DNA from: Candidatus Latescibacterota bacterium
GTDB lineage: Bacteria; Latescibacterota; UBA2968; UBA8231
Length of the DNA stretch: 64,000 nucleotides
Direction: 5' to 3'
Assembly (NCBI GenBank): GCA_965204725.1
Contig: OZ242005.1
Location: forward strand, 2,272,001 to 2,336,000
The position numbers and the translations under genes are program-made. The notes under the pieces were generated by a model. That model did not search any database. It was not told the DNA's origin and was given only the letters and a program-made list of their open reading frames with translations. Below are positions 39,552 through 49,711 of the stretch, piece after piece. Position 1 is the first letter of the stretch, and each line of letters starts with the position of its first letter.

Positions 39552-41510
39552 TTACTCGGCGGCACCCATTTTCGGCAGATCGCCCGTGCCGAGGGAGCGC
39601 ACCTTGTCACGCTCGATTTTGAGCAGGGTCAATGCGCTGTTGGATCGCACCTCCGGCGACAGGGAGATGACGCCCGAGGCGCCTTCGTAGAACCGCACCG
39701 TGCCCAACCACTCAACCAGCGCGGCCGGGTCGCGGTGGCCCTGTTCCCATCCGTCAATGAGCAAGTGGGTGGCGTCGTACCCGACCGCCGCGTAGTGCGG
39801 GTCGCGGCGAAACTGCTTGCGGAAGGCGTTGACAAACGACCGCTCGGCTCTGGACTCGGCCTGCCGCACGGAAACAAAAATGACCCCGTCGAAATTCTTG
39901 CGCTCGCCCGGGGCCATCTGCCTAATGGCTTCGGGATCCCACCAGGCATCGTTGCCGAGGACTTGGGTCTGCAAGCGGTGAAAATGCACCTGCGGCGCGA
40001 TCGTCTTGGCGTCCGCAAAGCTCTCGGCCACGACCACCACCCCGTCGATGGTGTCGATAAACATATCCGCTACGAGCGTTTCCTCGACCACTTCGAGCGT
40101 GTCTGAGGGGAGCGGGGGCGGCCTCAGCGCAAAACCGGCATTGCGGATTTCCTCAAAGACGCGGCGAAAATCCTTGGTCTCGTTGGGGACATACCAATCG
40201 CCGTGGGCGATCTGGCCGCCGTTGCGCTCGGCAATGCGGGTGAACTCGTGCGTGAAATCCCAGCCGTAGTCGCTGAGCGGGGCAATGAGCACTAAGTGCT
40301 CCAATCCGAGGACCAGGGTCGCGTACTCGGCTAAGAGGCGCGCCTGTGTTTTTGGTACCGTGCTCAACTGAAAGACGCTGCGGCCGAGCGCGTCCAAGCC
40401 GCTTTGTTGGGCCAGCGGCACCAACAGGGGAACGCCGGCCCGCTCGGCGATCGCGGCCGCCACGACGCTAGAGCTGCTAAAGAGCGGACCGACGATGGCT
40501 ACCACTCCTCGATCGAGCAACTGCTGGGCGCTATTCGCCACGCGCAACAAACCACTGGCCGAACTTTCGCGGACGTCGCCGCCGCGATCCGTGCCGATGG
40601 GCAAGTTCCCGTAGTCAACTCCGGTGTCGGCGACTATCAGTTCAAAGGGACTGCCCGCTTCCCGATTGGCCAACTGCACCCCCTCGCGGAGCTCCTCGCC
40701 AATCCGGCGGTACGGCCCGGTCAACGGCAGCAGCAAGCCCAGCCGGGGCGGTCCAACGCGCTGACGCGGTGCGGGCTGACCGCTCCCCCGGACAGCGGCG
40801 ACCGACGCGAATATGCCGCTGGCAACGCTGTCGCGATAGGCCTGCATCGCCCGAGCCGCTTCCTCTTGCCAGCCGAGACGCTGAAACCAGCGCGCCCGAC
40901 CAAAGAACAGGGCCTCGCGCAGCCGCTCGGCCCCTACGGCCCGGCGCAGGCGCGTCAGGTCTTGCTCTTTTATCTGGCCATTCCAACGCATGGCGGCCAG
41001 CCGCTCGGCTGCTTGGGCTTGGACGATGAGTGGGGCTTGCGTGGCCAGCAAGCGGCCGTATTGGGACGCGGCCTCTGGGTAGTGCTGGCGGTTGAAAAAC
41101 GAGTCGCCGACCAACAGCCGAGCGTCGGGCAGGTAGCGGCTCATGGGAAATCGGCGCTGCAAGACCAAGGCCGCGTCGATGGCTTCGGCAAAGCGGCCTA
41201 GGCGGTACAGGCTCTTTCCCAAGAGGAGCTGACCGGCACTGGACCGCTGGTTGAGCGGGAACTCCGCGAGCTGCCGCAGGTGGTTGAGTGCCGCGTCAAA
41301 ACGCTCTTGTCGATAGGCCTCGAGCCCGTTGCCAAATATCGTTTCGGCGTCGGCCGAGTACGGCCACACGCGCGCCTGCCCTTGGGCCGAGGCCGGTGCC
41401 AGCACCACCGCGAGAACCACGCCAGCGTAGCAAGCCATCGGCGCGAAAAAGGTGCGAGGCCTAGGTTGTCCACATCTGAGAGGGCGAGTATATTTTTTAC
41501 GCCACCGCAT
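39552..41510 (-). CDS. TPR + periplasmic-binding-fold protein (LpoA/LppC-like)
   Basis: N-terminal TPRs, LGLLLPLTG, AIVGPLFS, GYDA, F.GASG.I. Start codon uncertain. Confidence 0.72.
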   Translation of the reverse strand: MRWRKKYTRPLRCGQPRPRTFFAPMACYAGVVLAVVLAPASAQGQARVWPYSADAETIFGNGLEAYRQERFDAALNHLRQLAEFPLNQRSSAGQLLLGKSLYRLGRFAEAIDAALVLQRRFPMSRYLPDARLLVGDSFFNRQHYPEAASQYGRLLATQAPLIVQAQAAERLAAMRWNGQIKEQDLTRLRRAVGAERLREALFFGRARWFQRLGWQEEAARAMQAYRDSVASGIFASVAAVRGSGQPAPRQRVGPPRLGLLLPLTGPYRRIGEELREGVQLANREAGSPFELIVADTGVDYGNLPIGTDRGGDVRESSASGLLRVANSAQQLLDRGVVAIVGPLFSSSSVVAAAIAERAGVPLLVPLAQQSGLDALGRSVFQLSTVPKTQARLLAEYATLVLGLEHLVLIAPLSDYGWDFTHEFTRIAERNGGQIAHGDWYVPNETKDFRRVFEEIRNAGFALRPPPLPSDTLEVVEETLVADMFIDTIDGVVVVAESFADAKTIAPQVHFHRLQTQVLGNDAWWDPEAIRQMAPGERKNFDGVIFVSVRQAESRAERSFVNAFRKQFRRDPHYAAVGYDATHLLIDGWEQGHRDPAALVEWLGTVRFYEGASGVISLSPEVRSNSALTLLKIERDKVRSLGTGDLPKMGAAE

Positions 41511-41542
41511 TTCCAACCTTTCCCTTTCCTTTAGGTTAATAT

Positions 41543-43045
41543 ATGCAACCGCGTGCTGAAAAGGTGGAGATCGACCCAGAAAAACTGCGCCGTCTCCTCG
41601 CTAGCCAAATCGAAGACCAAGACCAAGCACCCGCCCAACCCGAGGCTTCCGCCACCCAAGGCGACGGTACGCAAACGGTCGAGTCCGAGGCCATCCACTT
41701 CGACCTCAAACCAGAAGAATTAGAGGCCTATCTCGATCAATACGTCATCGAGCAGCAAGACGCCAAGGCCATTCTCGCCACCAAGATCTGCACGCATTTT
41801 AACCGCCTAAAACTGCCCCCCGAGGAGGACGAAGGGTTCGTCGGCAACATCAAGAACAACGTGCTGATGATCGGCCCTACCGGCGTGGGCAAAACCTATT
41901 TAATCCGCCTCATTGCCAGCAAAATCGGCGTCCCTTTCGTCAAGGGCGACGCCACCAAATTCAGCGAGACTGGCTACGTCGGCGGCGATGTCGAAGACTT
42001 GGTTCGCGACCTAGTCCGCGAGGCCAACGGCGACATCAATCGCGCCCAGTACGGCATCATATACATCGACGAAATCGACAAAATTGCCTCCGCGCAGGGG
42101 GTTCACGGCCCGGATGTCTCGCGCTCGGGCGTCCAGCGCAATTTGCTCAAGCTGATGGAGGAAACCGACGTCGATCTCAAAGCGCCGCACGACATTGCCT
42201 CGCAGATGGAATCCGTTATCCAGATGCAGCAGACGGGCAAGATCGAACGCCAGAAGGTCAACACCCGCAACATCCTCTTTATCGTCAGCGGCGCCTTTGC
42301 CGGGCTCAACGAAATCATTGGCCGCCGGCTCAACAAAGGCACCATGGGGTTTCGCTCCCAAGCCGACCCGGCCCCCAACGCCGATCGGCTCCTGTCCCAC
42401 GTGCGGGCCGAGGACCTCATCGCCTACGGGTTTGAGTCCGAGTTCATTGGCCGCTTGCCCGTCATCGCGGTACTGCACAACCTCGGGCCCGAAGATCTCC
42501 TCGAGATTTTGCGCAACCCCAAGAGCAGCGTCATTCTGTCCAAAAAGCGCGACTTCCGCGCCTACGACATTGAGGTCGAATTTGCCGACGAGGCCCTAGC
42601 CCTTTTAGCCGAGCGCGCCCACGCCGAACGCATCGGCGCCCGCGGCTTGGTCAGCGCCATTGAAAAGGTGTTGCTCAACTACGAAAAAAAGCTCCCTTCC
42701 GTCGGCATTGAGCGCTTTGTCGTTGCGGCCGATACCGTGCTCGACCCGGCGACCGGTCTGGAGCGCTTGCTGCAAGACACCTCGTTGCGTCGCTTTCTCG
42801 ATGGGTTTCAACGCGAACACGACATCGCCTTGGCGATCACCCCGGAAGCCTCCGCGCAAATCGAGGCCCTAGCCAGTACGCGGAACATGGCCCCAGGCGC
42901 ATTGTGCGAAGAAATGTTCAGCGACTACGGCCACGGTCTCAAGCTAGCCGGGTTGAGCCAGTTCTGCATTGACGCGGACGTGGTCGCCGCTCCTCAAGAG
43001 GCCCTCAACGCGCTCGTCAAATACCACTACAACCAGCGCAGCTAA
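41543..43045 (+). CDS. ClpX-like AAA+ ATPase
   Basis: IGPTGVGKT, DATKFSETGYVGGDVE, IYIDEIDK, DVSRSGVQRNLLKLME, EFIGRLP, GARGL. Confidence 0.85.
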   Translation: MQPRAEKVEIDPEKLRRLLASQIEDQDQAPAQPEASATQGDGTQTVESEAIHFDLKPEELEAYLDQYVIEQQDAKAILATKICTHFNRLKLPPEEDEGFVGNIKNNVLMIGPTGVGKTYLIRLIASKIGVPFVKGDATKFSETGYVGGDVEDLVRDLVREANGDINRAQYGIIYIDEIDKIASAQGVHGPDVSRSGVQRNLLKLMEETDVDLKAPHDIASQMESVIQMQQTGKIERQKVNTRNILFIVSGAFAGLNEIIGRRLNKGTMGFRSQADPAPNADRLLSHVRAEDLIAYGFESEFIGRLPVIAVLHNLGPEDLLEILRNPKSSVILSKKRDFRAYDIEVEFADEALALLAERAHAERIGARGLVSAIEKVLLNYEKKLPSVGIERFVVAADTVLDPATGLERLLQDTSLRRFLDGFQREHDIALAITPEASAQIEALASTRNMAPGALCEEMFSDYGHGLKLAGLSQFCIDADVVAAPQEALNALVKYHYNQRS

Positions 43046-44418
43046 AGCCGGCCGCCGCCGTATTGCTTTACCTTGCGGTAGAGCGTACTCAGGCCGATTT
43101 GCAGGACTTCGGCCGCCCGCCGCCGGTCGTCGCCAACGGCCTTTAGGGTCTCGGCAATGGCCATCTGCTCGATCTCGGCCATGCTCATGCCGACGCGAAA
43201 GCCCAACCCGGGAAAGACGCGTTCTTGGCGGTTTATGTAGCGCGGAACGTCCCCGACCTCTAGCACGCCTTCGCGGGCGCCCATGACGACCATGCCCTCG
43301 ATGCAGTTTTTCAATTCCCGCACATTGCCCGGCCAATCGTAATCGCGCAACACATCTAAGGCCCGTGGCCGGATACCCGCGACGCGCTTGTTGTTCTCGG
43401 CGGCGAACTGCCGGATGAAGGCGTCGGCCAGAATGGGTATGTCCTCGCGGCACTCGCGCAGGGGCGGCACTTCGATTTTGATCACGTTGAGCCGGTAGAA
43501 GAGGTCCGCCCGGAAGTTTCCCTCCTGTACCATAGCCTCGATGTCGCGATGGGTCGCCGCGATCAAGCGCACATCGACCCGCCGGGTCTGGGTGCCGCCG
43601 ATCCGCTCAAAGCGGCCATCCTGAATCACTCTCAGCAGCTTGACTTGCGTCGGCAGGGAAATGTCGCCGACTTCGTCGAGGAACAAAGTGCCTTGATCGG
43701 CCAGCTCAAAGCGCCCTTGGCGCGCGGCTATGGCCCCGGTGTAGGCCCCCTTCTCGTGGCCGAAAAGCTCGTTTTCGACCAAGCCTTCCGGCAGGGCGCC
43801 GCAGTTGATTTCGACGAAGGCGTTTTCCCGCCGGCGGCTCTGTTGGTGGATGGCCTTTGCCACCTCGCCCTTGCCCGTGCCGGTCTCGCCAGCGATCAGA
43901 ACGCTGGTCCGCGACTGAGCCACCTGTTCGATCTGGCGGTAAATGCGCTGCCAAGACGATGAGCGGCGGGCGATGTCGTTAAAGCGGTAGCGCTCGTCCA
44001 AGCGGCGCTGCAAATCTGAGACCTCCCCGACGAGCTGCTGGTAGCGCAGGCCCTTTTCCAACACCGCGCCGACTTTGGCCAAATTCAGCGGCTGGAGTTG
44101 GAAGTCGTATGCCCCTTGGCGCATGGCTTCAACGCCCAGCTCAATATCTTCAGACCCGGCGATGGCAATCGCGCAGATGGCTGGATTGCGCTTGTGGGCG
44201 AGTTGCTGGATCCGCAACCCGTCGATGCGCTTCTCGCGCAGGGCGTAGATCAGCGCGTCAATCGCATCGGCGTCGAGTAGGTCGTACGCGCTCTGCCCCT
44301 CGTGCGCCCAGAGCACTTCGTACGCTCGCTGTTCCAAATAGAAAATCAGCTCCCGGGCCTGCTGAGATTCAGGCAGCACGACCAAGAGCCGCGGCTGCGT
44401 ATGGCGTTTCTTGCTCAC
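43042..44418 (-). CDS. Sigma54-dependent (NtrC-family) transcriptional activator
   Basis: Receiver-like N-terminus, GETGTGK, ELFGHEKGAYTGA, FLDEVG, FRADLFYRLNV, WPGNVREL, Fis HTH. GTG 44418 has RBS GAGGAGG. Confidence 0.92.
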   Translation of the reverse strand: MSKKRHTQPRLLVVLPESQQARELIFYLEQRAYEVLWAHEGQSAYDLLDADAIDALIYALREKRIDGLRIQQLAHKRNPAICAIAIAGSEDIELGVEAMRQGAYDFQLQPLNLAKVGAVLEKGLRYQQLVGEVSDLQRRLDERYRFNDIARRSSSWQRIYRQIEQVAQSRTSVLIAGETGTGKGEVAKAIHQQSRRRENAFVEINCGALPEGLVENELFGHEKGAYTGAIAARQGRFELADQGTLFLDEVGDISLPTQVKLLRVIQDGRFERIGGTQTRRVDVRLIAATHRDIEAMVQEGNFRADLFYRLNVIKIEVPPLRECREDIPILADAFIRQFAAENNKRVAGIRPRALDVLRDYDWPGNVRELKNCIEGMVVMGAREGVLEVGDVPRYINRQERVFPGLGFRVGMSMAEIEQMAIAETLKAVGDDRRRAAEVLQIGLSTLYRKVKQYGGGRL

Positions 44419-44451
44419 GGACCTCCTCGTTTCACGGGTCCCATTTCTAAA

Positions 44452-44490
44452 ATACAAATGGGGCAAGATGATAACTGACCATCTTGCCCC
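44452..44490 (-). terminator. Hairpin terminator downstream of rplQ
   Basis: Perfect 11-bp stem GGGGCAAGATG (44460-44470) / CATCTTGCCCC (44480-44490), followed on the minus strand by ATTTGTATTTT. Confidence 0.7.
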
Positions 44491-44523
44491 GTCGGCACTA
44501 CTTTGGACGCCCCGTTTTGCGGC

Positions 44524-44934
44524 CTACTCAGCCTTTTCTGCGGCCTCGGCTGGCGGGGCTTCTTCGCCGGCCGCGTCAAGGCGATCCACGAGCTCGACGA
44601 TGCTCATAAAGGCCCCATCGCCGCGGCGCGGACCCAACTTGATCAGGCGCGTATAGCCGCCGTTGCGGCTTTTGTAGCGCGGCCCCAATTCGTCAAAGAG
44701 CTTGGCAACTACTTGCTTGTCGGCTATGACGCGCAACACTTGACGCCGGGCGTGCAGGTCGCCTTGCTTGGCGCACGTCAGCACTCGCTCGGCTACGCGC
44801 TTGAGCTCTTTGGCGCGCGTCTGGGTCGTGGTGACGCGCTCGTTGATAAAGAGCGAGGCCATCATGTTGGCCAACATGGCTTTGCGATGCGGCGCCGTGC
44901 GCCCCAGTTTGGCTATTTTTTTGCCGTGTCTCAT
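44524..44934 (-). CDS. rplQ: 50S ribosomal protein L17
   Basis: [37 protein letters not shown]. Confidence 0.97.
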   Translation of the reverse strand: MRHGKKIAKLGRTAPHRKAMLANMMASLFINERVTTTQTRAKELKRVAERVLTCAKQGDLHARRQVLRVIADKQVVAKLFDELGPRYKSRNGGYTRLIKLGPRRGDGAFMSIVELVDRLDAAGEEAPPAEAAEKAE

Positions 44935-44936
44935 GG

Positions 44937-45953
44937 CTAGAATTCTTCTGCCAGCGGGTTGTCCGCTTTTTGGTCGACCTCAATGCCGGCGTACGGAGTT
45001 AGATCCATGCCCCAGCTCAGATCGTTTTCCTCGAGTACTTTCTGCAACTCGTTGAGCGATTTGCGCCCGAAATTGCGATACTCAAGCATCTCGGCCTCCG
45101 TGCGCGACACCAAGTCCTTGAGATGGGTGATCCCGGCAGCTTTGAGGCAGTTGGCCGAACGCACCGTCAACTCAATTTCTTCGACGGGCATTTGCAAGAG
45201 CTGGGCAATTTTCTTCTCCCGCTCGTCAACCTTCTTTTCCTCGTCGCTTTCAGGCTCTTCTGAAAAGTGAATAAAAAGGCTTAGGTGGTTGCTCAGGAGC
45301 TGGGCGGCCTGAGACATGGCGTCCTCGGGATGCACTGAGCCGTTGGTCCAGACCTTCATAATCAGCTTGTCGTAGTCGGTGCGCCGCTCGACGCGCGTGT
45401 TCTCGATCTCGTAGTGAACCTTGAGAACCGGCGAATAGTTCGTATCAAGTGGAATCGCACCAATGGGCTGATCGGGGATTTTGTTCTCCTCGGCGAACTG
45501 ATAGCCGCGACCACAGCCGACCACCAGCTCCATTTTTAGGGAGGCCCCTTTATCCAAGGTGGCGATGTGCAGGTCGGGATTCATCACCTCGATGCTGGGA
45601 TCCACGGCTAGGGCCTTGGCCGACAAAGCCCCTGCGGTCGCGCATTCGACGAGCAGGACGCGATCCTCCTCGCCCCGATAGCGAATCGCCACTTCCTTGA
45701 AGTTGCGCACGATCTCCGGCACGTCCTCGCGGACCCCGGCAATCGTGGAAAACTCGTGATGCACACCTTCGATATGAACCTGCTTGATCGCGGCCCCTTG
45801 GATAAAAGACAGCAATACGCGGCGCAGGGCGTGCCCAATAGAAACGCCAAAGCCGCGCTCGAGCGGCTGGACGACAAACATGCCATACGTCTCGCTAAGG
45901 CTTTCTTTTTCGACCTCGGCCAGCTTCGGCATCTGGAGACCTTCTAATTTCAT
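44937..45953 (-). CDS. rpoA: RNA polymerase subunit alpha
   Basis: [46 protein letters not shown]. Confidence 0.97.
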   Translation of the reverse strand: MKLEGLQMPKLAEVEKESLSETYGMFVVQPLERGFGVSIGHALRRVLLSFIQGAAIKQVHIEGVHHEFSTIAGVREDVPEIVRNFKEVAIRYRGEEDRVLLVECATAGALSAKALAVDPSIEVMNPDLHIATLDKGASLKMELVVGCGRGYQFAEENKIPDQPIGAIPLDTNYSPVLKVHYEIENTRVERRTDYDKLIMKVWTNGSVHPEDAMSQAAQLLSNHLSLFIHFSEEPESDEEKKVDEREKKIAQLLQMPVEEIELTVRSANCLKAAGITHLKDLVSRTEAEMLEYRNFGRKSLNELQKVLEENDLSWGMDLTPYAGIEVDQKADNPLAEEF

Positions 45954-45996
45954 ACTGTATCCTCTTGTCTCTTGATGGATTGGACGGAGTGAACCT

Positions 45997-46623
45997 TTAG
46001 ACGCGAGAATAAAACTCAATGACTAATTGTTCTTCGGCGACCGTGGGAATGTCTTCGCGGCCGGGGACCTCGGCCACGGTCCCAGTCAGGTTGACCTTGT
46101 CTATGGCCAGCCAAGGCACGGTATCGCGTGCGCGCCGCAGCGATTCGTGAATGGCCTCTAGCTGACGACTGCGCTCGGCAACCTGTACCACATCCCCCAT
46201 CCGGGTCAGGTAGGAAGGGATATTGACCCGGATGCCGTTTACCGCGATGTGGTTGTGGCGCACCAACTGGCGTGCGGCCTTGCGCGATGGCGCGAAACCG
46301 AGCCGATAGACGATGTTGTCGAGGCGACGCTCCAACAGGCGCAACAGGTTTTCGCCGCTGACGCCCGGCACCCGCGAGGCTTCCTTGTAATAGCCCCGGA
46401 ACTGGCCTTCGCGGATTCCGTAGAGCCGAGCGAGCTTCTGCTTAGCCCGCAGCTGGACGCTGTAGTCGGACTGCTTGCGCCGCAGCCCCTGGCCGTGTTG
46501 GCCCGGAGCATAGCTGCGCCGCTCAAAGGAGCATTTTTCGAGGCTGCAACGCTCGCCTTTCAGGAAGAGTTTGGCCCCTTCCCGGCGGCAGAAGCGACAG
46601 TTGGGACCGGTATGTCTGCTCAT
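45997..46623 (-). CDS. rpsD: 30S ribosomal protein S4
   Basis: CRFCRREG.KLFLKGERC, LERRLDNIVYRLG, VNIPSY, EQLVIEFYSR. Confidence 0.97.
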   Translation of the reverse strand: MSRHTGPNCRFCRREGAKLFLKGERCSLEKCSFERRSYAPGQHGQGLRRKQSDYSVQLRAKQKLARLYGIREGQFRGYYKEASRVPGVSGENLLRLLERRLDNIVYRLGFAPSRKAARQLVRHNHIAVNGIRVNIPSYLTRMGDVVQVAERSRQLEAIHESLRRARDTVPWLAIDKVNLTGTVAEVPGREDIPTVAEEQLVIEFYSRV

Positions 46624-46639
46624 AACGTAGTTCGCTCCT

Positions 46640-47029
46640 CTAGACGCGGCGACGCTTAGGTGGCCGACAGCCGTTGTGCGGCATGGGCGTCACGTCGCGG
46701 ATGGCGGAAATTTCGAGCCCGGCGTTTTGCAGGGCGCGGATGGCGGACTCGCGCCCTACGCCCGGCCCCTTGACCCAGACCTCCACGCGGCGCAACCCCA
46801 TGTTCATGGCTTCTTGCGCGGCCTTTTCAGCGGCGAGCTGACCGGCAAAGGGCGTAGATTTGCGACTGCCCTTGATGCTCATTTTCCCTGGGGTCGCCCA
46901 AGAAATCACATTGCCCCTCGTATCGGTCAGGGTGATGATCGTATTGTTGAACGTGGCCAAAATGTGAGCCACGCCCACCGCTTCTACCTGTTTTGCTTTC
47001 TTGCGTCTCTTGCGTCTTTCGGGCGGCAA
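46640..47029 (-). CDS. rpsK: 30S ribosomal protein S11
   Basis: [39 protein letters not shown]. Confidence 0.97.
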   Translation of the reverse strand: MPPERRKRRKKAKQVEAVGVAHILATFNNTIITLTDTRGNVISWATPGKMSIKGSRKSTPFAGQLAAEKAAQEAMNMGLRRVEVWVKGPGVGRESAIRALQNAGLEISAIRDVTPMPHNGCRPPKRRRV

Positions 47030-47055
47030 AGGTCTATCTCTCCGTTGGGGTTGAG

Positions 47056-47436
47056 CTACTTGACGGGGGCCTTTTTCTTGCCGGCAATGGCTCGCCGCGG
47101 CCCCTTGCGCGTGCGGGCATTGGTCTTGGTGCGCTGGCCGTTGGCCGGCAGCCCGCGACGATGCCGCAACCCCCGATAGCAGCCGATGTCCATCAGCCGC
47201 TTGACATTCAGGGTGGTTTCGCCGCGCAGACTGCCTTCGACCTTGTGGCTGACCTCGATGATCGAGCGCAAACTGTTGACTTGGTCTTCGTTCAGCTCGT
47301 TGATGCGAGTTTGGGGGTCAATCCTCGCCTGCGAGGCGATGCGACCGGCTGTCGCATACCCAATGCCAAAGATATAGGTCAATGCGATAACGACCCGCTT
47401 GTCGCGGGGTAAATCTACACCTGCTATGCGTGCCAT
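47056..47436 (-). CDS. rpsM: 30S ribosomal protein S13
   Basis: [34 protein letters not shown]. Confidence 0.97.
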   Translation of the reverse strand: MARIAGVDLPRDKRVVIALTYIFGIGYATAGRIASQARIDPQTRINELNEDQVNSLRSIIEVSHKVEGSLRGETTLNVKRLMDIGCYRGLRHRRGLPANGQRTKTNARTRKGPRRAIAGKKKAPVK

Positions 47437-47572
47437 GGTGCTTGCCTCATGGTAAAGTGCTCGGGGGTCCAATCCTTCCTACGAGTGGGATTGGAGTGGA
47501 ATTTTTGTGAATGCTCTGCGCCGGTTGCGGCCGTTATGGGTGGAGAAGATAGCGGCTCCTGGGCGTACCGCC

Positions 47573-47689
47573 TCAGCCTTGTTTCTGCTTGTGGCGGGGA
47601 TTACGCCGGCATATCACGCGCACGACCCCGCGTCGACGGACGATCTTGCACTCGGAACAGCGCTTGCTGACAGAGGCTCTAACTTTCAC
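47573..47689 (-). CDS. rpmJ: 50S ribosomal protein L36 (not in the ORF track)
   Basis: GTG start; translates to [38 protein letters not shown]. Confidence 0.96.
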   Translation of the reverse strand: MKVRASVSKRCSECKIVRRRGVVRVICRRNPRHKQKQG

Positions 47690-47710
47690 GATACTCGCTC
47701 CAAGTGAGGT

Positions 47711-49054
47711 TTAGCCGCGACGGCCCTGAATTTTGCCCCGCTTCATAAAGCCCTCGTAGTGGCGGGTCATTAGCTGGGACTCGATCTGCTGCAAAGTGTC
47801 TAACGCCACGCCGACGACGATCAAAAGCCCGGTGCCGCCAAAAAATTGGGCAAAAGAAGGAGCCACGTTGAATTGCTGCGTGACGAAGAAGGGAAAAATC
47901 GCCACCAGCGCGAGGGCAATAGAACCCGGTAGGGTAATCCGCGTCATAATCCCGTCAATATATTGGGCGGTGCGCGGCCCGGGGCGAACCCCCGGAATGA
48001 AGCCGCCGTGCTTTTTCATGTTGTCGGCGAGTTGGTTGGGATCCATGACGATGGCAGTATAAAAATAAGTAAAGAAGATGATCATGAGCGCATAGACGAC
48101 CCAATAAAACAGGGATTCGGTCGAGAAAAACGAACCGATCGCCAGCATGAACTCATGGCCGGGGAACATCTGCGTGATCGTACCGGGCAAGAACATGATC
48201 GACTGGGCAAATATGATCGGAATTACGCCCGCCGTGTTGATCCGCAGTGGAATGTGGGTGGTCTGGCCGCCGTAAATGCGCCGCCCGACGACGCGCTTGG
48301 CGTATTGCACGGGAATTTTGCGTAGCCCCTGAGTCAGCAGGATCACAAAGGCCACGACGCCGAACATAAGCCCGACGAGCAGGATCTCTTCGATGATGTT
48401 CTTGCTGAAGCCGCGGTTAATGATAAAGAGATTGTACTCCTGATTGATCGCGTAGGGCAACTCGGCGATGATGCCGATGAAGATGATCAGAGAAATGCCG
48501 TTGCCAATGCCGCGCTCGGTGATCTGCTCGCCCAACCACATGATGAAGATCGTGCCGGTGGTAATCGTCAGCATAGTCGCCAACGTAAAGCCAAGACCCG
48601 GGTCGGCAACGGCCGGCTGGCCCGAGTACGGAGCCTTGATGCTGGTTATGAAGAAACTGACGCCGTAGGACTGAGCCGCCGCCAGAAAGACCGTGCCATA
48701 GCGCGTGTACTGGGTTATTTTCTTGCGCCCCTCTTCGCCTTCGCGCTGCAATTTTTGGAAGTAGGGAATAACCGCGCCCAGCAACTGCAAAATGATCGAG
48801 GCACTGATATAGGGCATAATGCCCAGCGCGAAGATCGTCCCCCGCGTAAAAGCACCGCCCACAAACATGTCGTACAGCCCAAAAAGGGTGTTGTTAGAGC
48901 TTTCAAAGAACTCTTTGAGCACGGCTAGCTCGACCCCGGGAACCGTGATCTGACCGCCGATGCGATAGACGACCAAAAGCCCTACCGTGAAGAGTATCCG
49001 ACGACGCAAATCGGGAATTTTGAAGCAGTTTTGAAAACTCTGCACCAATTGCAT
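47711..49054 (-). CDS. secY: Preprotein translocase subunit SecY
   Basis: IFALGIMPYISASII, WLGEQITERGIGNGISL, GGFIPGVRPG, GGTGLLIVVGV. Confidence 0.98.
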   Translation of the reverse strand: MQLVQSFQNCFKIPDLRRRILFTVGLLVVYRIGGQITVPGVELAVLKEFFESSNNTLFGLYDMFVGGAFTRGTIFALGIMPYISASIILQLLGAVIPYFQKLQREGEEGRKKITQYTRYGTVFLAAAQSYGVSFFITSIKAPYSGQPAVADPGLGFTLATMLTITTGTIFIMWLGEQITERGIGNGISLIIFIGIIAELPYAINQEYNLFIINRGFSKNIIEEILLVGLMFGVVAFVILLTQGLRKIPVQYAKRVVGRRIYGGQTTHIPLRINTAGVIPIIFAQSIMFLPGTITQMFPGHEFMLAIGSFFSTESLFYWVVYALMIIFFTYFYTAIVMDPNQLADNMKKHGGFIPGVRPGPRTAQYIDGIMTRITLPGSIALALVAIFPFFVTQQFNVAPSFAQFFGGTGLLIVVGVALDTLQQIESQLMTRHYEGFMKRGKIQGRRG

Positions 49055-49503
49055 CAAATCACCTCGGCCTGGCCGCCTGCTTTGACAATTTTCTCTGCGG
49101 CCGCAGTGGAGAATTTGTGCGCCTTAACCGTCAGGGGCTGACTCAGTTCCCCTTCGCCGAGGACCTTCAGCAGCCCGGACGCCTTGGCGATCAAACCGGC
49201 CGCAGCCAGTTCCTCTGGCCCGACTTCTCCGCTGAGGCCCCGCGCTTCGAGATCGCGCAGATTGACGATCTGATAGATCGTTTTGAATTTGTGATTGGAA
49301 AAACCCACCTTGGGAATGTGGCGGAACAGGGGCAGCGTACCGCCGGTAAACCCGACGCGGTTGCCGCGCCGAGCACCGGACCTAGCTCGCTGGCCTTTGT
49401 GGCCTTTGCCCGCGGTCTTGCCCGTCCCCGAGCCCGGCCCTTGTCCCAATCGCTTGCGGCTCCGCTTAGACCCCGGAGGGCATTTTATATTTTCTAGACG
49501 CAT
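49054..49503 (-). CDS. rplO: 50S ribosomal protein L15
   Basis: GSGTGKTAGKGHKGQRARSG, KVLGEG, AAEKI..AGG. Confidence 0.96.
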   Translation of the reverse strand: MRLENIKCPPGSKRSRKRLGQGPGSGTGKTAGKGHKGQRARSGARRGNRVGFTGGTLPLFRHIPKVGFSNHKFKTIYQIVNLRDLEARGLSGEVGPEELAAAGLIAKASGLLKVLGEGELSQPLTVKAHKFSTAAAEKIVKAGGQAEVI

Positions 49504-49516
49504 GGCACGCTCTCGC

Positions 49517-49708
49517 TTACTCTTCTGCTTCCTCAACTTCCTCAACTGCGACCAGATGCTTGACTTTGGCGATCATTCCCCGGATCTGGGGCGTGTCGTT
49601 GTGTGCGACCTGTTGGTATAGGCGCTTGATTCCCAAAGCTGCGATCGTCGCCTTTTGATCTTTGGCGCGGCCAATGGCACTGCGCCGCTGCGTAATGACC
49701 AATTTCAT
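49517..49708 (-). CDS. rpmD: 50S ribosomal protein L30
   Basis: ITQRRSAIGR...LG...DTPQIRGMIAKVKHLV. Confidence 0.95.
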   Translation of the reverse strand: MKLVITQRRSAIGRAKDQKATIAALGIKRLYQQVAHNDTPQIRGMIAKVKHLVAVEEVEEAEE

Positions 49709-49711
49709 GGG

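Noticed and set aside
44419-44466. Longer N-terminus for the sigma54 regulator, as in the ORF track
   Set aside because: That start overlaps the rplQ terminator stem, whereas GTG 44418 has a strong RBS.
47507-47707. 66-aa + strand ORF between rpsM and secY
   Set aside because: It lies antisense to the real rpmJ gene (47573..47689).
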